Source of the DNA: Rhina ancylostomus
Lineage: Eukaryota
Length of the DNA: 64,000 bases
Reading direction: 5' to 3'
Assembly (NCBI GenBank): GCA_030265395.1
Contig: JARFYF010000074.1
Span: 86,768,288-86,832,287 of the forward strand
Shown here: one piece after another, positions 37,346 through 49,958 of the stretch
How positions within the stretch are numbered: position 1 is the stretch's first letter
How the letters are laid out: each line of letters begins with the position of its first letter
Program-made: the position numbers and the translations under genes
Notes under the pieces: generated by a model
Databases searched by the model: none
Told to the model about the DNA's origin: nothing
What the model saw: only the letters and a program-made list of their open reading frames with translations

Positions 37346-40300
37346 CTTTCCTTCAGGTTCCTTTGAACTCACAGAACAAAGCATGCCAGTTTGTAATTTA
37401 AAGCACAAACACAATACCACAATTCTTACCAACAACGCATCAGGGTACATTTTCCTTTTCTCTGTACCTGGAGATCCATCATTCACAAGACACACTGTGA
37501 AGGAANNNNNNNNNNNNNNNNNNNNNNNNNNNNNNNNNNNNNNNNNNNNNNNNNNNNNNNNNNNNNNNNNNNNNNNNNNNNNNNNNNCTGTCCCTGCTGT
37601 AGGTAGAAAACAGGTGTGGAAGAAACAACCTCAGCTCCCAACCCATTTTATGAAAGGATCTGCTCACTAGGGGCACATGCAAATACCTGGTGCAATAGTT
37701 AGACATTAAAAGCAGTCAATGGCCTTAACTTTGATTCGCAATTTCTTTTGGCAGAACCCAGGCACCCTGCCTGTGCCAGAAAAGGAAAACGTGTGAGCAG
37801 CTACATCCTCACAAACACAGCCCACAGCAGAGTCCAGGGGGAAAATCCACCCCAACTTACTGGTAAATATGGTGCAAATGAACTGTCTTTGGATTTCACT
37901 TCTTCTCTTTCTTAATGTGGGGAACCATCCTCATAATTCCCTGAAATTCTGACTTCAAAACCACAACTTCAGAGCTTTTAAAATTCAAGCTTGGCATCAT
38001 GCAGCTATTAATTCTTCATATAACATCATTGTTGCTACTCCCTCCAACAGCGGTGATGCTTTGATGGGCTTTGGCCCTTTGTCAATTTATATTTGAGACT
38101 TCTATCACTGGCGGTCTTTGAATACAGTATCCCTAACAAATGGATTGGTTTGGTGAATTATTTTGCCGCTGAGAATTACAGAGATAACAATTCAAGCATA
38201 GCAAAATCTGATCTGAAGTGATTAAATATTACCCTGATGACAATAAATTACTCTTCCATGCATGCTTAATGGATACATTGAAAAACTTTTTGTAGAAATA
38301 ACTCAATTATTAGGGACATCCTCCAGCACACATTAAGCACTTACCTGGGTGATGGGCAAACAGTACTTGATGCTTTTACAGGCAGGGAAGAGAACAGGTG
38401 TAGGGGAATGGGCAGCCCTTATTGTAAGAGTTGTAACAATGATTTACAATTCACCGTCACTCACTGCTCACACGATGATAAAGATTAAAAAGATCCCAAT
38501 GTAATTTAATATCACGTGATAAAATTACCATTATTGTCCATTTTTCTAACCTTTTCTGTCCTACTCTTTTGAAAGCTTTCATTATTGCAGCATCTCATTA
38601 TTGTAATCCCAGGTTACAGGCTGAGGCAGTACAGCTGCATCTGACACTGTTGTCACTCAATGTCCATACACTCACTCTCAAAGATTCATTCATTCACTCA
38701 CTGATACAATCACTCATCTGTGCTCAGATACATGCTCATTTTCATTCACACACACACACACACAAACTCAAAGTTATCATTCACATACACGTTCAAAGTC
38801 ATATAATGAAGTCTTTTGTCTTACCTATCCTGGTAGTGAGAAACCATTTTACATTTAATATAACTCTGGGGAGTGTAAAATAATTCATTACAGTATTGCA
38901 CAACATATTACTTGCCTATACCATAAAAAGCATAAATACAAGGATTAAGATAATTAATGGCATTTTAAAAAAAGTAGGCAGTTAAAAATATCCCATGCTT
39001 GTTCTATTTCTGCAGTTTTATAATCTGTTTTCAGAAAAATTGTGTGCTACTGACATCAACAAGCAGACTAACAGAGCAGTCACTGAGAACTGCTTTAAAG
39101 AAGAGGCTCACAAAAATTACATTTACAGTAGCAACATTCAAAATAAGACTGTGGACAGATGAACAAAACAGTATATTGGGTTGAGGGAACATCCATAATA
39201 TGATTAGTACTCAACCATGGGAGTTTCCACTATAAAATTACAGAGATAACTCACTCCCTCAGGGTCTCCTGTTCAGATAAACTGTTCTGATTAAGATGAT
39301 GCTGAAAATATGAACAAACTGCATATTTATTTCTCACATCAGTGTCACAATGGATATGTCTTAACAAACTGGCCACTAATTAAAATGTTAAATATTCATT
39401 GTTAATGTTGCCAGTTGTGTCATTAACAGTTCAGGAACAGGATACTGTTGGGTTCTGCCGACTGCTAACTGAGCAGCCCCTCTGTAAACAAGTTAAGATG
39501 AAAAAAAGCAAACAAGCCCAGACTTTGCTTCTTATGAAATATACATGTTTACTTATCTACAAAAATAGTTGGTAAGGGTATTTAAAATCCTTCAAACTTA
39601 AACACTGAGGTCTCAACTCTAATTCTGCCTTGGCAGAAAGCAGCTAGGAACTGTTAAAGTGGAGCAGAGATTTACCTATTCCTCTCCTGCCATAGTCTGG
39701 TCAAATGTATTTTTGTTATAAATGAACATATTATTAGCAAATTTTAACTTCATAATCTCAATACACAAAAATTACAATTAAACCAATTTACACCATTTCC
39801 CTTTATATCCAAAATCCCCTATGAAAACATCTTTTCACTTTGTTCCTCTTTAACTGTATTGAGAGCTCATCCAGCAGTATGCTGTCTGCTAAATCTGTGG
39901 GAAGAAATAAAACAAAACATAAGCAGAGTGTGTCAGGCAATGATGTATCAATTCCTGTGGATGATCAGTGTTGTCACCAGTGGATGACAAAATTAGTGAT
40001 GAATTGGAGGATACGCTTTGTTGCATGGCCTTTTAATGTTCATCTAAAACGAAACCCTAAATCTAAAACTTTCAGTGTTTATCCAAGAACTGATGGGTTG
40101 CTTTATCCTGCCATGGTTGGTTGATGATTGTTGCAACTATTTCCTCAGTCAAAGATCTTTCCTCATTATGTATTCAATATAATACAAAATATTATGTGAA
40201 CTTCCTTCAATCAATCTCTGGAGAAAGAAGGATCACTGTACAATTGTAGCACTACTCATTTAGGACTAACAATAAAGTTGAGTTAACTTATTGACTTCAA

Positions 40301-41303
40301 AGTACCAGTCTATGTAAAACATCTCAACCATTGCAGCTTTCTGGGCCCCCTTTAAGTGTGCTGGTAACATCATCAAGGCCGAGGCCTGAGTATGGAAGCA
40401 ATGATGGCTTCACTGCCAGGACTAGCCTTCTGGGAATCGTTGCCCTGGCCAGAAGAGGCCCTGCAAGGTAAGGGTTTAAAACATTTTTTTGTTTCCTTAT
40501 GGGCCANNNNNNNNNNNNNNNNNNNNNNNNNNNNNNNNNNNNNNNNNNNNNNNNNNNNNNNNNNNNNNNNNNNNNNNNNNNNNNNNNNNNNNNNNNNNNN
40601 NNNNNNNNNNNNNNNNNNNNNNNNNNNNNNNNNNNNNNNNNNNNNNNNNNNNNNNNNNNNNNNNNNNNNNNNNNNNNNNNNNNNNNNNNNNNNNNNNNNN
40701 NNNNNNNNNNNNNNNNNNNNNNNNNNNNNNNNNNNNNNNNNNNNNNNNNNNNNNNNNNNNNNNNNNNNNNNNNNNNNNNNNNNNNNNNNNNNNNNNNNNN
40801 NNNNNNNNNNNNNNNNNNNNNNNNNNNNNNNNNNNNNNNNNNNNNNNNNNNNNNNNNNNNNNNNNNNNNNNNNNNTTGTTTTACTTTTCTAAGATTTTGG
40901 GAGCCTTTCCAATATTGCTACAACAGGTAAACAGGAGCTTCCCTCGGAAAACCCATAACTGTTCTGTTACAGTTATATTTTAGTCTCAGGACTTTATCTC
41001 CAGGCTGCAAATGGAAATGCTTTAAGAGATGCCTCAACATGTAGATCATGGTCACCATGAGGTGACAATGCTGATCTGTGAAATCACTCCTGTCATGGCA
41101 ATCTTGATCCAGATGAGCAGTAAAGACACGGACCCAGAAATCCATCAGCATTTGAAAACAAGTGCAAAATTGGCAATTCCAGGGGGATATGCCATTGTGA
41201 TCTTGTGCCATTGGGAGTAATTTTTCTACATGCACACAATTTAAGACATTGTGCACATGAATAATACTGGGGGTGCAAGTGAACAAATCTGCAAGATGTG
41301 CCA

Positions 41304-41500
41304 GAGAAATAAAGGACTGCAGATACTGGAATCTAGATGAAAAACACAATGATGCTGGAGGAACTCAGCAAGCCAGGCAGCATCCATGTAGAAAAGCAAG
41401 CGAGTCCCGATGAAGGGTCCTGACCCGAAACATTGACTACCTGCTTTTCTTCATGGATGCTGCCTGGCCTGATGAGTTTCTCCAGCATCATTGTATTTTA
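41304..41500. mobile_element. Palindromic Penelope-derived element with one central hammerhead-like motif
   Basis: The arms aatgatgctggaggaactcagcaagccaggcagcatccatg / catggatgctgcctggcctgatgagtttctccagcatcatt flank the motif agtc-ccgatga-agggtcctgaccc-gaaa-catt-gact at 41403-41438. Imperfect TSD caagatgtgcca / caagatacgcca. Confidence 0.8.
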
Positions 41501-42419
41501 CAAGATACGCCATCATGGCTGTAGTTATTAAAATGGCATTTCTCAACTGGAGCCAATTGGGGACGGGTGCAGCAGTTTGGGTTGAGCCGTCATGAGGATT
41601 CCTGAGATGGATTTTGGAGTCGGCATCCTGCTTCTCCCATGCTAGACTTTATATTGTGGCAGTCCCATAGATACCCAAGAAGAGGATTGGCGTGCTTAAA
41701 TCATTGCAGGATGTCATACGTCACTGTTGTACAAAAATTGGCTGTCCTGTTTTGTACCTTACAAAAGTGACTGCACTTCAAACAACCTCAATCACCTCTT
41801 AAAAATGTAAAAGGTGATTTTATTACATTTGTTATTATGTCTTTTGAAATGTCTTGCAGTCATCCTTTGCTTTGTTCAGCCCTCACAGGGACATCTGAAA
41901 ATTCATTATAGTTGGAGACAGCATGATGAAATTGGCTCTGTACTTGCTTGAACTGTGCATGCTGTAGATCAATTGTTTAAATATAGCAACAGAGGGAGGG
42001 ATGTTCTAAACTGCGGGCAGTACTGAAATAGTAAGCATAGTAAATAATTCTGAGGCCAAAAAAGTGGGAGATGGAGTTTAACATCAGTAAATGCGAGATA
42101 TGGGTGAGCAGGAGATATTGTGGCTCAGTTTCATTAATATTAACATGTCACATGAAATCAAATTAATAGAAAGGGCAGGACATATTCTGTAGAATGTTGC
42201 TGATATAAATAAATATTTGTAGACCAGTTGGAGGTGTTTATATTAGAACAGCAAGATTACAAACTATTTGGTGGAGGAGTTTAACATTAAGCTTTTTGAT
42301 GGAGGAGTTTAAAATTATGACAAAATCGAAATGAATAGGAAGCAGAATAGTTCCAATGATAAAGATATCTAGAAAAAAAACAGCAGTTATAATTAAAACT
42401 TTAAGGCTTTAAATAAAAA

Positions 42420-42680
42420 AGAGACTTGCATTTATAAGCACCCTTCTAACTGTGATATGTGACTTGACCAGTATTGTTTTCCAGTGACAGAAATGTGATT
42501 ATTTAATGTTGATTGGGAGTTAAGTATTAGGTAGGACACCACGGGTAACTTTCTTTCAAAATTATGCCATTGGCTCTTCTACATCTTCAGAGATGAAAGG
42601 GGACATTGTTTCAATGCATATCTGAAGGAGAGAGCCTTTAACAATATTGCATCATAACCTCAGCCTTGTGTTTTCAGTGT
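42420..42680 (-). mobile_element. Degenerate Deu-type SINE
   Basis: gacttgcatttataagcacc (tail, reverse complement) and tgccattggctcttctacatc...atctgaaggag (Deu core, reverse complement). Confidence 0.5.
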
Positions 42681-44307
42681 TCTGATACTTCCTGGCAGAG
42701 GACTCTAAAGTTGAAGTTAGTGATAAAAGATCTTCAAATCAATAACTGGAAGGAAAAGGGATGAAGTGATATAAGTGATATAATGGGTCTTTATGATGAG
42801 GACACCCCTCATGTAAAAAGCAAACATAAACATGGATTAGCCAAACTGCCTATTTCTATGTTGAATTTCCTTTATTAGCCCTTCTTCTGTTGCAATGACA
42901 ACTAAGTGGTCCNNNNNNNNNCACATTTTAAAAAGTGACAAGCCAATGCATGTTGTTTTTTCAACGATGTACAAAATCAGTCAGTGAAAGTAACAGACAT
43001 TGACTGAAAGTATTTAGCACGAGATGAAACATGACCTGTCAGCTGCAGAATTCAGTGTTAAATGAGATGGAAACATGGTCAATGGCAGAACAAAGTGAAG
43101 GAGACACAGAACCTCGTTTAACTAGAGTCTGAAATTCCCAGTTAGTTTAAATAACTTCAACTCACACTTACATAATTCATCTAATGTAACAAAATCACCT
43201 AATATACTTCAAAGAAGTGGTTGAGGGTGTTTGAATTGGAAAGGACGCTGACCAGGAGTGGAAAAATTCAGGGTTGTGGCCAAATATTTAGTAAAAAAAA
43301 ATAGATTTAAGAGAGCTCTTAAACATAAGGAGCAGGCGGTTTAGGAAGAGAATTCGGGAATGAAGTAATTTGATGTCTGAATGCTGCACCAGTATTAATG
43401 CACATAATTGTACAGCCAGCAAATTTTAGTAAGGAATACATATTACGAATTGAGACAAGGTGCTGGCTTACTTTTGACCATGTTCTGTTAGATTCACAAA
43501 AGCAGTATCTCACACTTAACCTCCCACTGCTTCTAAGATGTTTCTATGTGTATACACCAATATTCAGTTAAAAATGCCACTGTCTAGTCATAAATTACAT
43601 AAAATTAAAATGAATTATCATTTATCATGCACTTTGCCAGGAACATAAACAATTATATCAATGGAATTTCATTTCACCAGGTTTGTAAATTGCTTTACGG
43701 GGTATAAATTACCAAACTTTGCATATTTTCCTTACTTTCCCTTTTCTGCTCTCTCTTAATCTAATGTTTCTTTCCCTCTCCTGTTTATAAATTCTATACA
43801 AATGGACATTGAATTTACTCACTCTAACCACTCTCTTTCATTTCTTCCTCTGTTTATTTCTCAACATTGAAGCCATATTCATTGAAGAAATGCACTGTTT
43901 GGTCCTATGGCTCACTNNNNNNNNNNNNNNNNNNNNNNNNNNNNNNNNNNNNNNNNNNNNNNNNNNNNNNNNNNNNNNNNNNNNNNNNNNNNNNNNNNNN
44001 NNNNNNNNNNNNNNNNNNNNNNNNNNNNNNNNNNNNNNNNNNNNNNNNNNNNNNNNNNNNNNNNNNNNNNNNNNNNNNNNNNNNNNNNNNNNNNNNNNNN
44101 NNNNNNNNNNNNNNNNNNNNNNNNNNNNNNNNNNNNNNNNNNNNNNNNNNNNNNNNNNNNNNNNNNNNNNNNNNNNNNNNNNNNNNNNNNNNNNNNNNNN
44201 NNNNNNNNNNNNNNNNNNNNNNNNNNNNNNNNNNNNNNNNNNNNNNNNNNNNNNNNNNNNNNNNNNNNNNNNNNNNNNNNNNNNNNNNNNNNNNNNNNNN
44301 NNNNNNN

Positions 44308-45800
44308 CACTGCAGTCCTTCTAGTGAAGGTACTCGCACAATGCAGTTGGACAGGGAGTTCCAGGATTTAGACCCAGTAACAATGAAAGGACAGCGATAT
44401 ATTTCCAAATTAGGATAGCCTGCAGGTGCTGGTGTTCCTTTGTCCTTCATAATGATAGTCCAGGTTTGGGAGGTGCAGATGGAGTGGCTGAGGCAAATAA
44501 CTCCTGTGTATTTGTAGACAACACACTGTGCTCCAGCAGCAGATGGAACAAATGATTGTTGGGATGCCAGTCCTGAACTGCTGCAGTTCTCCAGGCCCTT
44601 CGGGATAGCGTCAAGCTTCTTGAGACTTGTTGGAACTACACTCATCCAAGCAGGTGGAGAGTATTCTATGAAGTTCTGGACTTGTACCATGTAGTTGGAG
44701 GAAAGGCTTATCTGAGTCAGTCACCACAAGATACCCGATACCTGACCTGCTCTAGTCACCAGGGTAATTATGTGGCTGGTCCTATTGAGTTTCTGGTCAG
44801 TGGTGACCCTTATGATCATGATGGGGTTTCGCCCATGAAGATGGTCATTTCCTGGCATTTCTGTGGCAAGATTGTTACTTGTTACTTGTGTTTCTAAGTC
44901 TAGCTGCATGCAGGTAAGAATTGCTTCATTTGCTGAAGCCTCAGGAATTGAATGTTGTATAATCATCAGCAAACATGTTTTCTGACATTACAATGGAAGA
45001 AAGGTCATTGATGGAGTAGCTGAAGATGGTTGGGCCTAATTCCTGAGGAACATTTGCAGAGATGTCCTAGGACCGAGATGATTGACCTCCAACCACAAAC
45101 ACCTTCCTCTGTGCAAGGTAAGATTTCATCCCCTCATGAGTGCTTTCTCTTTGATGTTGTCTGGACCCATGGCCTGTGTTGTAACCAGTGCTCTCAGCCA
45201 TTTCTTGATATGATCTGGAGTGAAGTGAATTGACAGAAGACTGGCTCCCATGAATATCTCAGGAAGAAGTCAAAGTGGATCACCTCTCCAGTGCTTCTGG
45301 CTGAACATGCACTCGAATGCTGAGCTCTGCCATTATTAAGGATGGGGATGTTCTTGAAGCCTCTTCCTCCTATTAGCTGTTCAATTGTCCACCACTTTTC
45401 ACAACCAGATGTGGCAGGACTGCAAAGCTTTGGTTTGATCTGTCTATTGTGTGTTTTAGCACATGTATGTTCCCGTGTTGCAGCTTCACTGAGCTGGCAA
45501 TTCATAATTTATAGGCGTGCCAGTGCTGTTTCTGGTCCACACTCCTCATTGGATCCACTGGCTTGATAGTTATGGCGGAGTGAGGAACATTGTGGGGCAT
45601 GAGTTTACAGATTGTACTGATGTACAATTCTGATGGTCCATGGTGGCTCATGGAGGCCCAGTCTGGAGTTGCCAGATTTGTTTTGTGTCATTTCCACATT
45701 GTCTTCACAAGGACTTTTCAGTGTTCACTTTTCCCAGTGTTATCATGGACAGAAGCAACTGCCACAGGTAGTTGGTGTGGATGAATCAAGTATATTAACC
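44308..45800 (-). mobile_element. CR1/L2-group LINE ORF2 fragments
   Basis: The reverse strand gives IEYSPPAWMSVVPTSLKKLDAI, DQKLNRTSHI and KLCSPATSGCEKWWTIEQLIGG. Confidence 0.75.
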
Positions 45801-46064
45801 CTGTGTAGTTCACCCATCACCCCAAAATCTCAGTTTTAAAATTTATCCTTTACCATTGGCCCCTTGCACCTCTGTAAATGCCTCCAGCCCTACACTCTCC
45901 AAGTGTATCTGCACACCTCTGGAACATGCTTGAATTTAAGTGACCACTGCTTTCAGCTGTTAAGCTCTGGAAATGCTCGCTAAGCCTCTCTGCATCTTTA
46001 TTTCTCTTTTCCCCTTTAAACCTTTTTGACCAAGATTCCCTCATCTGTGTTAACATTTTTATGT

Positions 46065-46200
46065 AGACACAGGAGACTTCAGATGCTGGAATCTGGAGCA
46101 GCAAGCTATCTGCTGGGGAACTCAGCGGGTTGAGCAGCATCTTGGGTGGGGGTGGTGGAAAGCAACTGACCACGTCTCGGGTCGAAGCCCTGCATCAGGA
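46065..46200 (-). mobile_element. Penelope-derived short element ending at a hammerhead-like motif
   Basis: The reverse strand starts tcctgatgcagggcttcgacccgagacgtg and runs through gatgctgctcaacccgctgagttcccc to ccagattccagcatctg. Confidence 0.75.
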
Positions 46201-46227
46201 AAAGTTATCAAACGAATGTCTGGCCCA

Positions 46228-46410
46228 GAGACACAAGGAATTCTGCAGATGCTGGAATCTTGAACAATACACACAAAATGCTAGGGAATTCATCGGGGTC
46301 AGGTAGCATCAGTCCTAATGAAGGGTCTCGACCTGAAATGTCGACTGTTTATTTCCCTCCATAGGTGCTGCCTGACCTGCTGAGTTCCTCCAGCATTTTG
46401 TGTGTATTGC
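46228..46410. mobile_element. Palindromic Penelope-derived element with central hammerhead-like motif
   Basis: The arms caatacacacaaaatgct / agcattttgtgtgtattg flank cagtc-ctaatga-agggtctcgacct-gaaa-tgtc-gactg (46310-46347), with a perfect stem I cagtc/gactg. Confidence 0.8.
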
Positions 46411-46449
46411 AAACAAAAGTGTGATTTGGTATCAATTNNNNNNNNNNTA

Positions 46450-47513
46450 TTGTTTGCTAACTTTTCGTGACGCGTCTTGGGGCTTTTATTCCCTGAAGAA
46501 ATACAAATACAAGCATCTTGGCATTGACTGGACACAGCTCTCAGGGTTGCAAACGATGCCCAGAAAGGAAGGATATAAAACGGCCAAGAAGCAATAGCAG
46601 AAACCTTTCTGTGATAACGGCGATTTCTTTGTGTTTAATTGATCCCGAGCAGTAACCCTGCTTGTGTTGCATGGAGGGGAGCTGGCCGGTGGGTTAAAGG
46701 AGTCCCGGTCACAGGTCACCCTTGCCCCGTGGGTGAGGTGCCCTGTGTGAAGCCGCGGGAGGGAGGCGGTGNNNNNNNNNNNNNNNNNNNNNNNNNNNNN
46801 NNNNNNNNNNNNNNNNNNNNNNNNNNNNNNNNNNNNNNNNNNNNNNNNNNNNNNNNNNNNNNNNNNNNNNNGCGGTGTTGAGCTGGGAACTGTGTGGAGT
46901 GGGCCAACTTGTGCTTTGTGAGGGCGGCGGTGTGTGGCCGGGACCCCCCTCCATTCATCCCTCCGCCAGACTGACACCCAGAGAAGGGGAAAGGCGAGGA
47001 GTTCACCCTCTTCCCTCCACTCCCTCTCTCCTCACCCTCCATCTCCCGACAGTCGCCAGGCCTCACCAGGGGAAAGGCGGGGGGAGGGGGTGCTCTCCGC
47101 TTGTCCTTACTGGAAACTCGGCAAACTCCGGAGAGAGGGCAGCCCCTGCGAATCATGGCGTCCCGAAAGCCCGAGGGCTCGGCGGGAGAGGAATNNNNNN
47201 NNNNGAGCGCCCGGGTCCGGCGTCCGACTCCTGCAGCGGACAAAAGGGAGCGCCCCAGCGAGAGCAGCCTGCCGCGGGCAACCGGAGCCTTCCGCCGCCC
47301 TTTCCTTGCCGGGATTCGGAGGGGGAGGCGGGGGAGGGTGGAGATGGTTCACCTCGCTCTGCCCCAGCCCGTGTCCGGTTTGAAGGAGCTGCAGTGATCC
47401 CTGGCGGAGGCTGAGCCCCGCAGTAGCAGGGCTGCGAGAGGTGTTGCGCCGGGCTGTGGGGCGGACTTGCCCCCTCCCCCCGGGGGTGTGAGTGGGAGTT
47501 GGGCGGGCAGCCG
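46450..47513 (+). promoter_or_regulatory. CpG-rich putative CCDC80 promoter / 5'UTR region
   Basis: GC and CpG content rise sharply against a CpG-depleted background. The region contains TATAAAA at 46574-46580, a CRE-like TGACGC at 46468-46473 and GC-box-like GGCGGG/GGGCGG motifs, 0.7-1.7 kb upstream of the ATG. It is interrupted by N gaps. Confidence 0.65.
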
Positions 47514-47613
47514 NNNNNNNNNNNNNNNNNNNNNNNNNNNNNNNNNNNNNNNNNNNNNNNNNNNNNNNNNNNNNNNNNNNNNNNNNNNNNNNNNNNNNNN
47601 NNNNNNNNNNNNN

Positions 47614-48015
47614 AGGCTGGGTCTTTATTCCTTGAAGAGTAGGAGATTGAGAGGTGACCTTACAGAGGTGTATAAAATCATGAGGGGTACAGATAGGGTG
47701 AACACATGGTCTTGTTCCCAGAGAAGGAGAACTGTAAACTAGGTTTAAGGTGACGGGTGAAAGGTTTAAAAGGGACCTGAGAGGTGACTTCTTCACGCAA
47801 AGGGTGGTGCTTATATGGAACGAGCTGCCAGAGAAAATGATTTGAGGCAGGTACAATAACAGCATTCAAACGACATTTGGATAAGTACATGGACAGGAGG
47901 GATTTAGAGGGATATGGGCCAAACTTGGGCAAATGGGGTTAGCTTCAGTGGGCACCATAGTGGGCATGGACGAATTGGGCTGAAGGACCTGTTTACTTGC
48001 TGTATTACTCTATGA
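47614..48015 (+). mobile_element. CR1 LINE 3' end immediately upstream of the CCDC80 start
   Basis: Encodes RLGLYSLKSRRLRGDLTEVYKIMRG and ends with the tail gggctgaaggacctgtttacttgctgtattactctatgac. Confidence 0.88.
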
Positions 48016-48149
48016 CAAGCCCTGCACCCTCACTCAAACAGTGGAGGCTCCTTAAGTCACTGGGTAAACATGAAGCTGAGGACGGGTGAGGCAGTTACTA
48101 CCTACAGAGAGATCACTGAGCAGCAGCAGGGTAATTTGGGGCTGAGGGG

Positions 48150-48800
48150 TGTTGGGCTGGGGGGGGGGAGGGAATCGCAGACCGGCGAGGGGTTAGCAAC
48201 ATGAGGGGGTCCGGCTTCCGGCCGCTCGCCTCGCTGCTGCTGGTCTGGCTGCTGTGTGACTGCGGGACGTTGTCGGCGGCGGGGAGAAGGAGGCAGCTGA
48301 GACCCGCCGCCGGAGCTCAGGGACCGGGCAGGATTCCCCAGCCGGGAGGTCCCGCCACCGCACGCAGGACGACGGTGCAGAGAGACGACAGCAGGTCGCT
48401 GACAGGACGGAGCAGGCACCCCAGCTACCCCGTCAGGGGGTCCCGTTCGGGAATGGTCCGGGACACCAGCAGAGCGGCGCGGAGCCGGGTGGCCCGCGTC
48501 CCAGCTTCGGGCACCCCCAGCCTGCTGTCCGGGATGGTGGGCAGGCAACGGCTGTGGGTCATCTCGGCTCCCCACCCCTCGGACGGTTACTACAGGCTCA
48601 TGCTCAGCCTCCTCAAGGACGACGTCTACTGCGAGCTAGCGGAGAGGCACATCACCCAACTGGTACTGTTCCACCAGGAGGGAGAGGTGGCCGGAAAAGT
48701 CAGGAAGATCAGCAGCGAGGGGAAAATCCTGGAGGAACCTCTAGACACCAAGACCGTCCTCAAGCTGCTGGACTTCCTGAAACTGGAGAAGGGAAAATTT
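48150..48800. promoter_or_regulatory. CpG-island-like segment over the 5' end of CCDC80 coding exon 1
   Basis: Dense CG dinucleotides around the start codon, fading towards the Lys-rich 3' part of the exon. Confidence 0.6.
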
Positions 48801-49958
48801 AGCATGGTCTTACTGAAGAAGAACCTGCAGTTGGAAGAAACGTACCCTTACCCAGTGAGACTGGAGGCGATGTACGAAGTCATTGACCAGGGTCCCATTC
48901 GGAAGATCGAGAGGCTGAGGCAGAAAGGCTTTGTGCAGAAGTGTAAGGAAGCCGGCGTAGAAGGGCAGGTGGTTGGAGCCGACGAAGGAGAGAAGAAGAA
49001 AGTGGAGCAGCCCAGGCCAACGCCAAAGAACGAGAATACAGAGGTGACCCTTCCAAAGGAGACTAAAGAAAAAGCTCCAGAGAAAGAGAAAAAGAAAAAG
49101 CCTACGGTGAGGAGGCCCATCAGGATATCACTGAACACACATGGAGGTTCTAAAATCGTTAGGACAACTGCTGTGCCCAGAACAATCCCAACCAGATCTC
49201 CTACAGCCATCAGCACCACCACAACCACTGCCACTCCCACCACCATCATTGTTCCCTCTCCAACAGGCGGTGAGAGACAGTCGTTCACAAGGTCTCATGT
49301 AATGTTTTCTCCATTGCCGCCAAGGTCTCACAGACCTCCACTGGTTGATGAAACTCCTTCAAGGTCTTCAACTGAGGCTAACTCACACAGAGATGGGCAT
49401 CGGGCAGCGAGCATCCCTAGTGGCAGCAAATTCCTGCAGGAGCCTACCCCAGGAACAACAACTACTAGGCCAGGTTATACAAAAGTACAGACTAGTAGAC
49501 GGAAGTACAGTCAGACAGACAAAAAAGAGGGGAATTATCGCCAGAAGGGCCTGCCAGTGGCACCTGGTCAACGCAAGCCTCCCAAAGTCAAGTCACCAAA
49601 ATCAAAAACTACAAATAATAAAATCCTAACAAATGAATATGAGGATAAATATCAGCCTGAGAAGGTCTCATCCCCAAACACCAGCCAAGTGGTCGAAGTG
49701 GAACATGGACCGCAGAAAAAGCCTAGCAAGCCAGTCAAGACTGAAAAGAAGAAGAAGAAGCCTGTGAAGAATAAAAAAACAGGGAAGAAAGTCAAACCCT
49801 TACCGAAACCTAAACCTACAAAGGAAATTAGTCACAATAATAAAAAACCCAAGAAGGCAATCAAGAAAGGAGTTTTTAAACAACCTAAGAAGATTCCAGG
49901 AGCAACAAAGTCACTGGCTTCTATTCTCAGCTACTATGAAAATAGGCGACGACTAGTA
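48201..49958 (+). CDS. CCDC80: CCDC80 coding exon 1: signal peptide, first DUF4174 (DUDES/P-DUDES thioredoxin-like) repeat, Thr-rich and Lys-rich linker
   Basis: ATG in good context (gcaacATG) followed by a hydrophobic signal peptide (LASLLLVWLLCDC). The translation RLWVISAPHPSDGYYRLMLSLLKDDVYCELAERHI...LKLEKGKFSMVLLKK...YPYPVRLEAMYEVIDQGPIRKIE...QKGFVQKCK...GVEGQVV closely matches vertebrate CCDC80 as I recall it. The exon ends ENRRRLV at a phase-0 donor GTAAGT (49959-49964). Confidence 0.96.

Noticed and set aside
46486-47865. Overlapping 100-250-aa ORFs on both strands
   Set aside because: Stop-poor GC-rich promoter sequence plus gaps, with no recognisable protein motif.
48102-49571. Antisense and alternate-frame ORFs overlapping CCDC80 exon 1
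   Set aside because: Shadow ORFs expected from GC-rich and low-complexity coding sequence, with no independent support.
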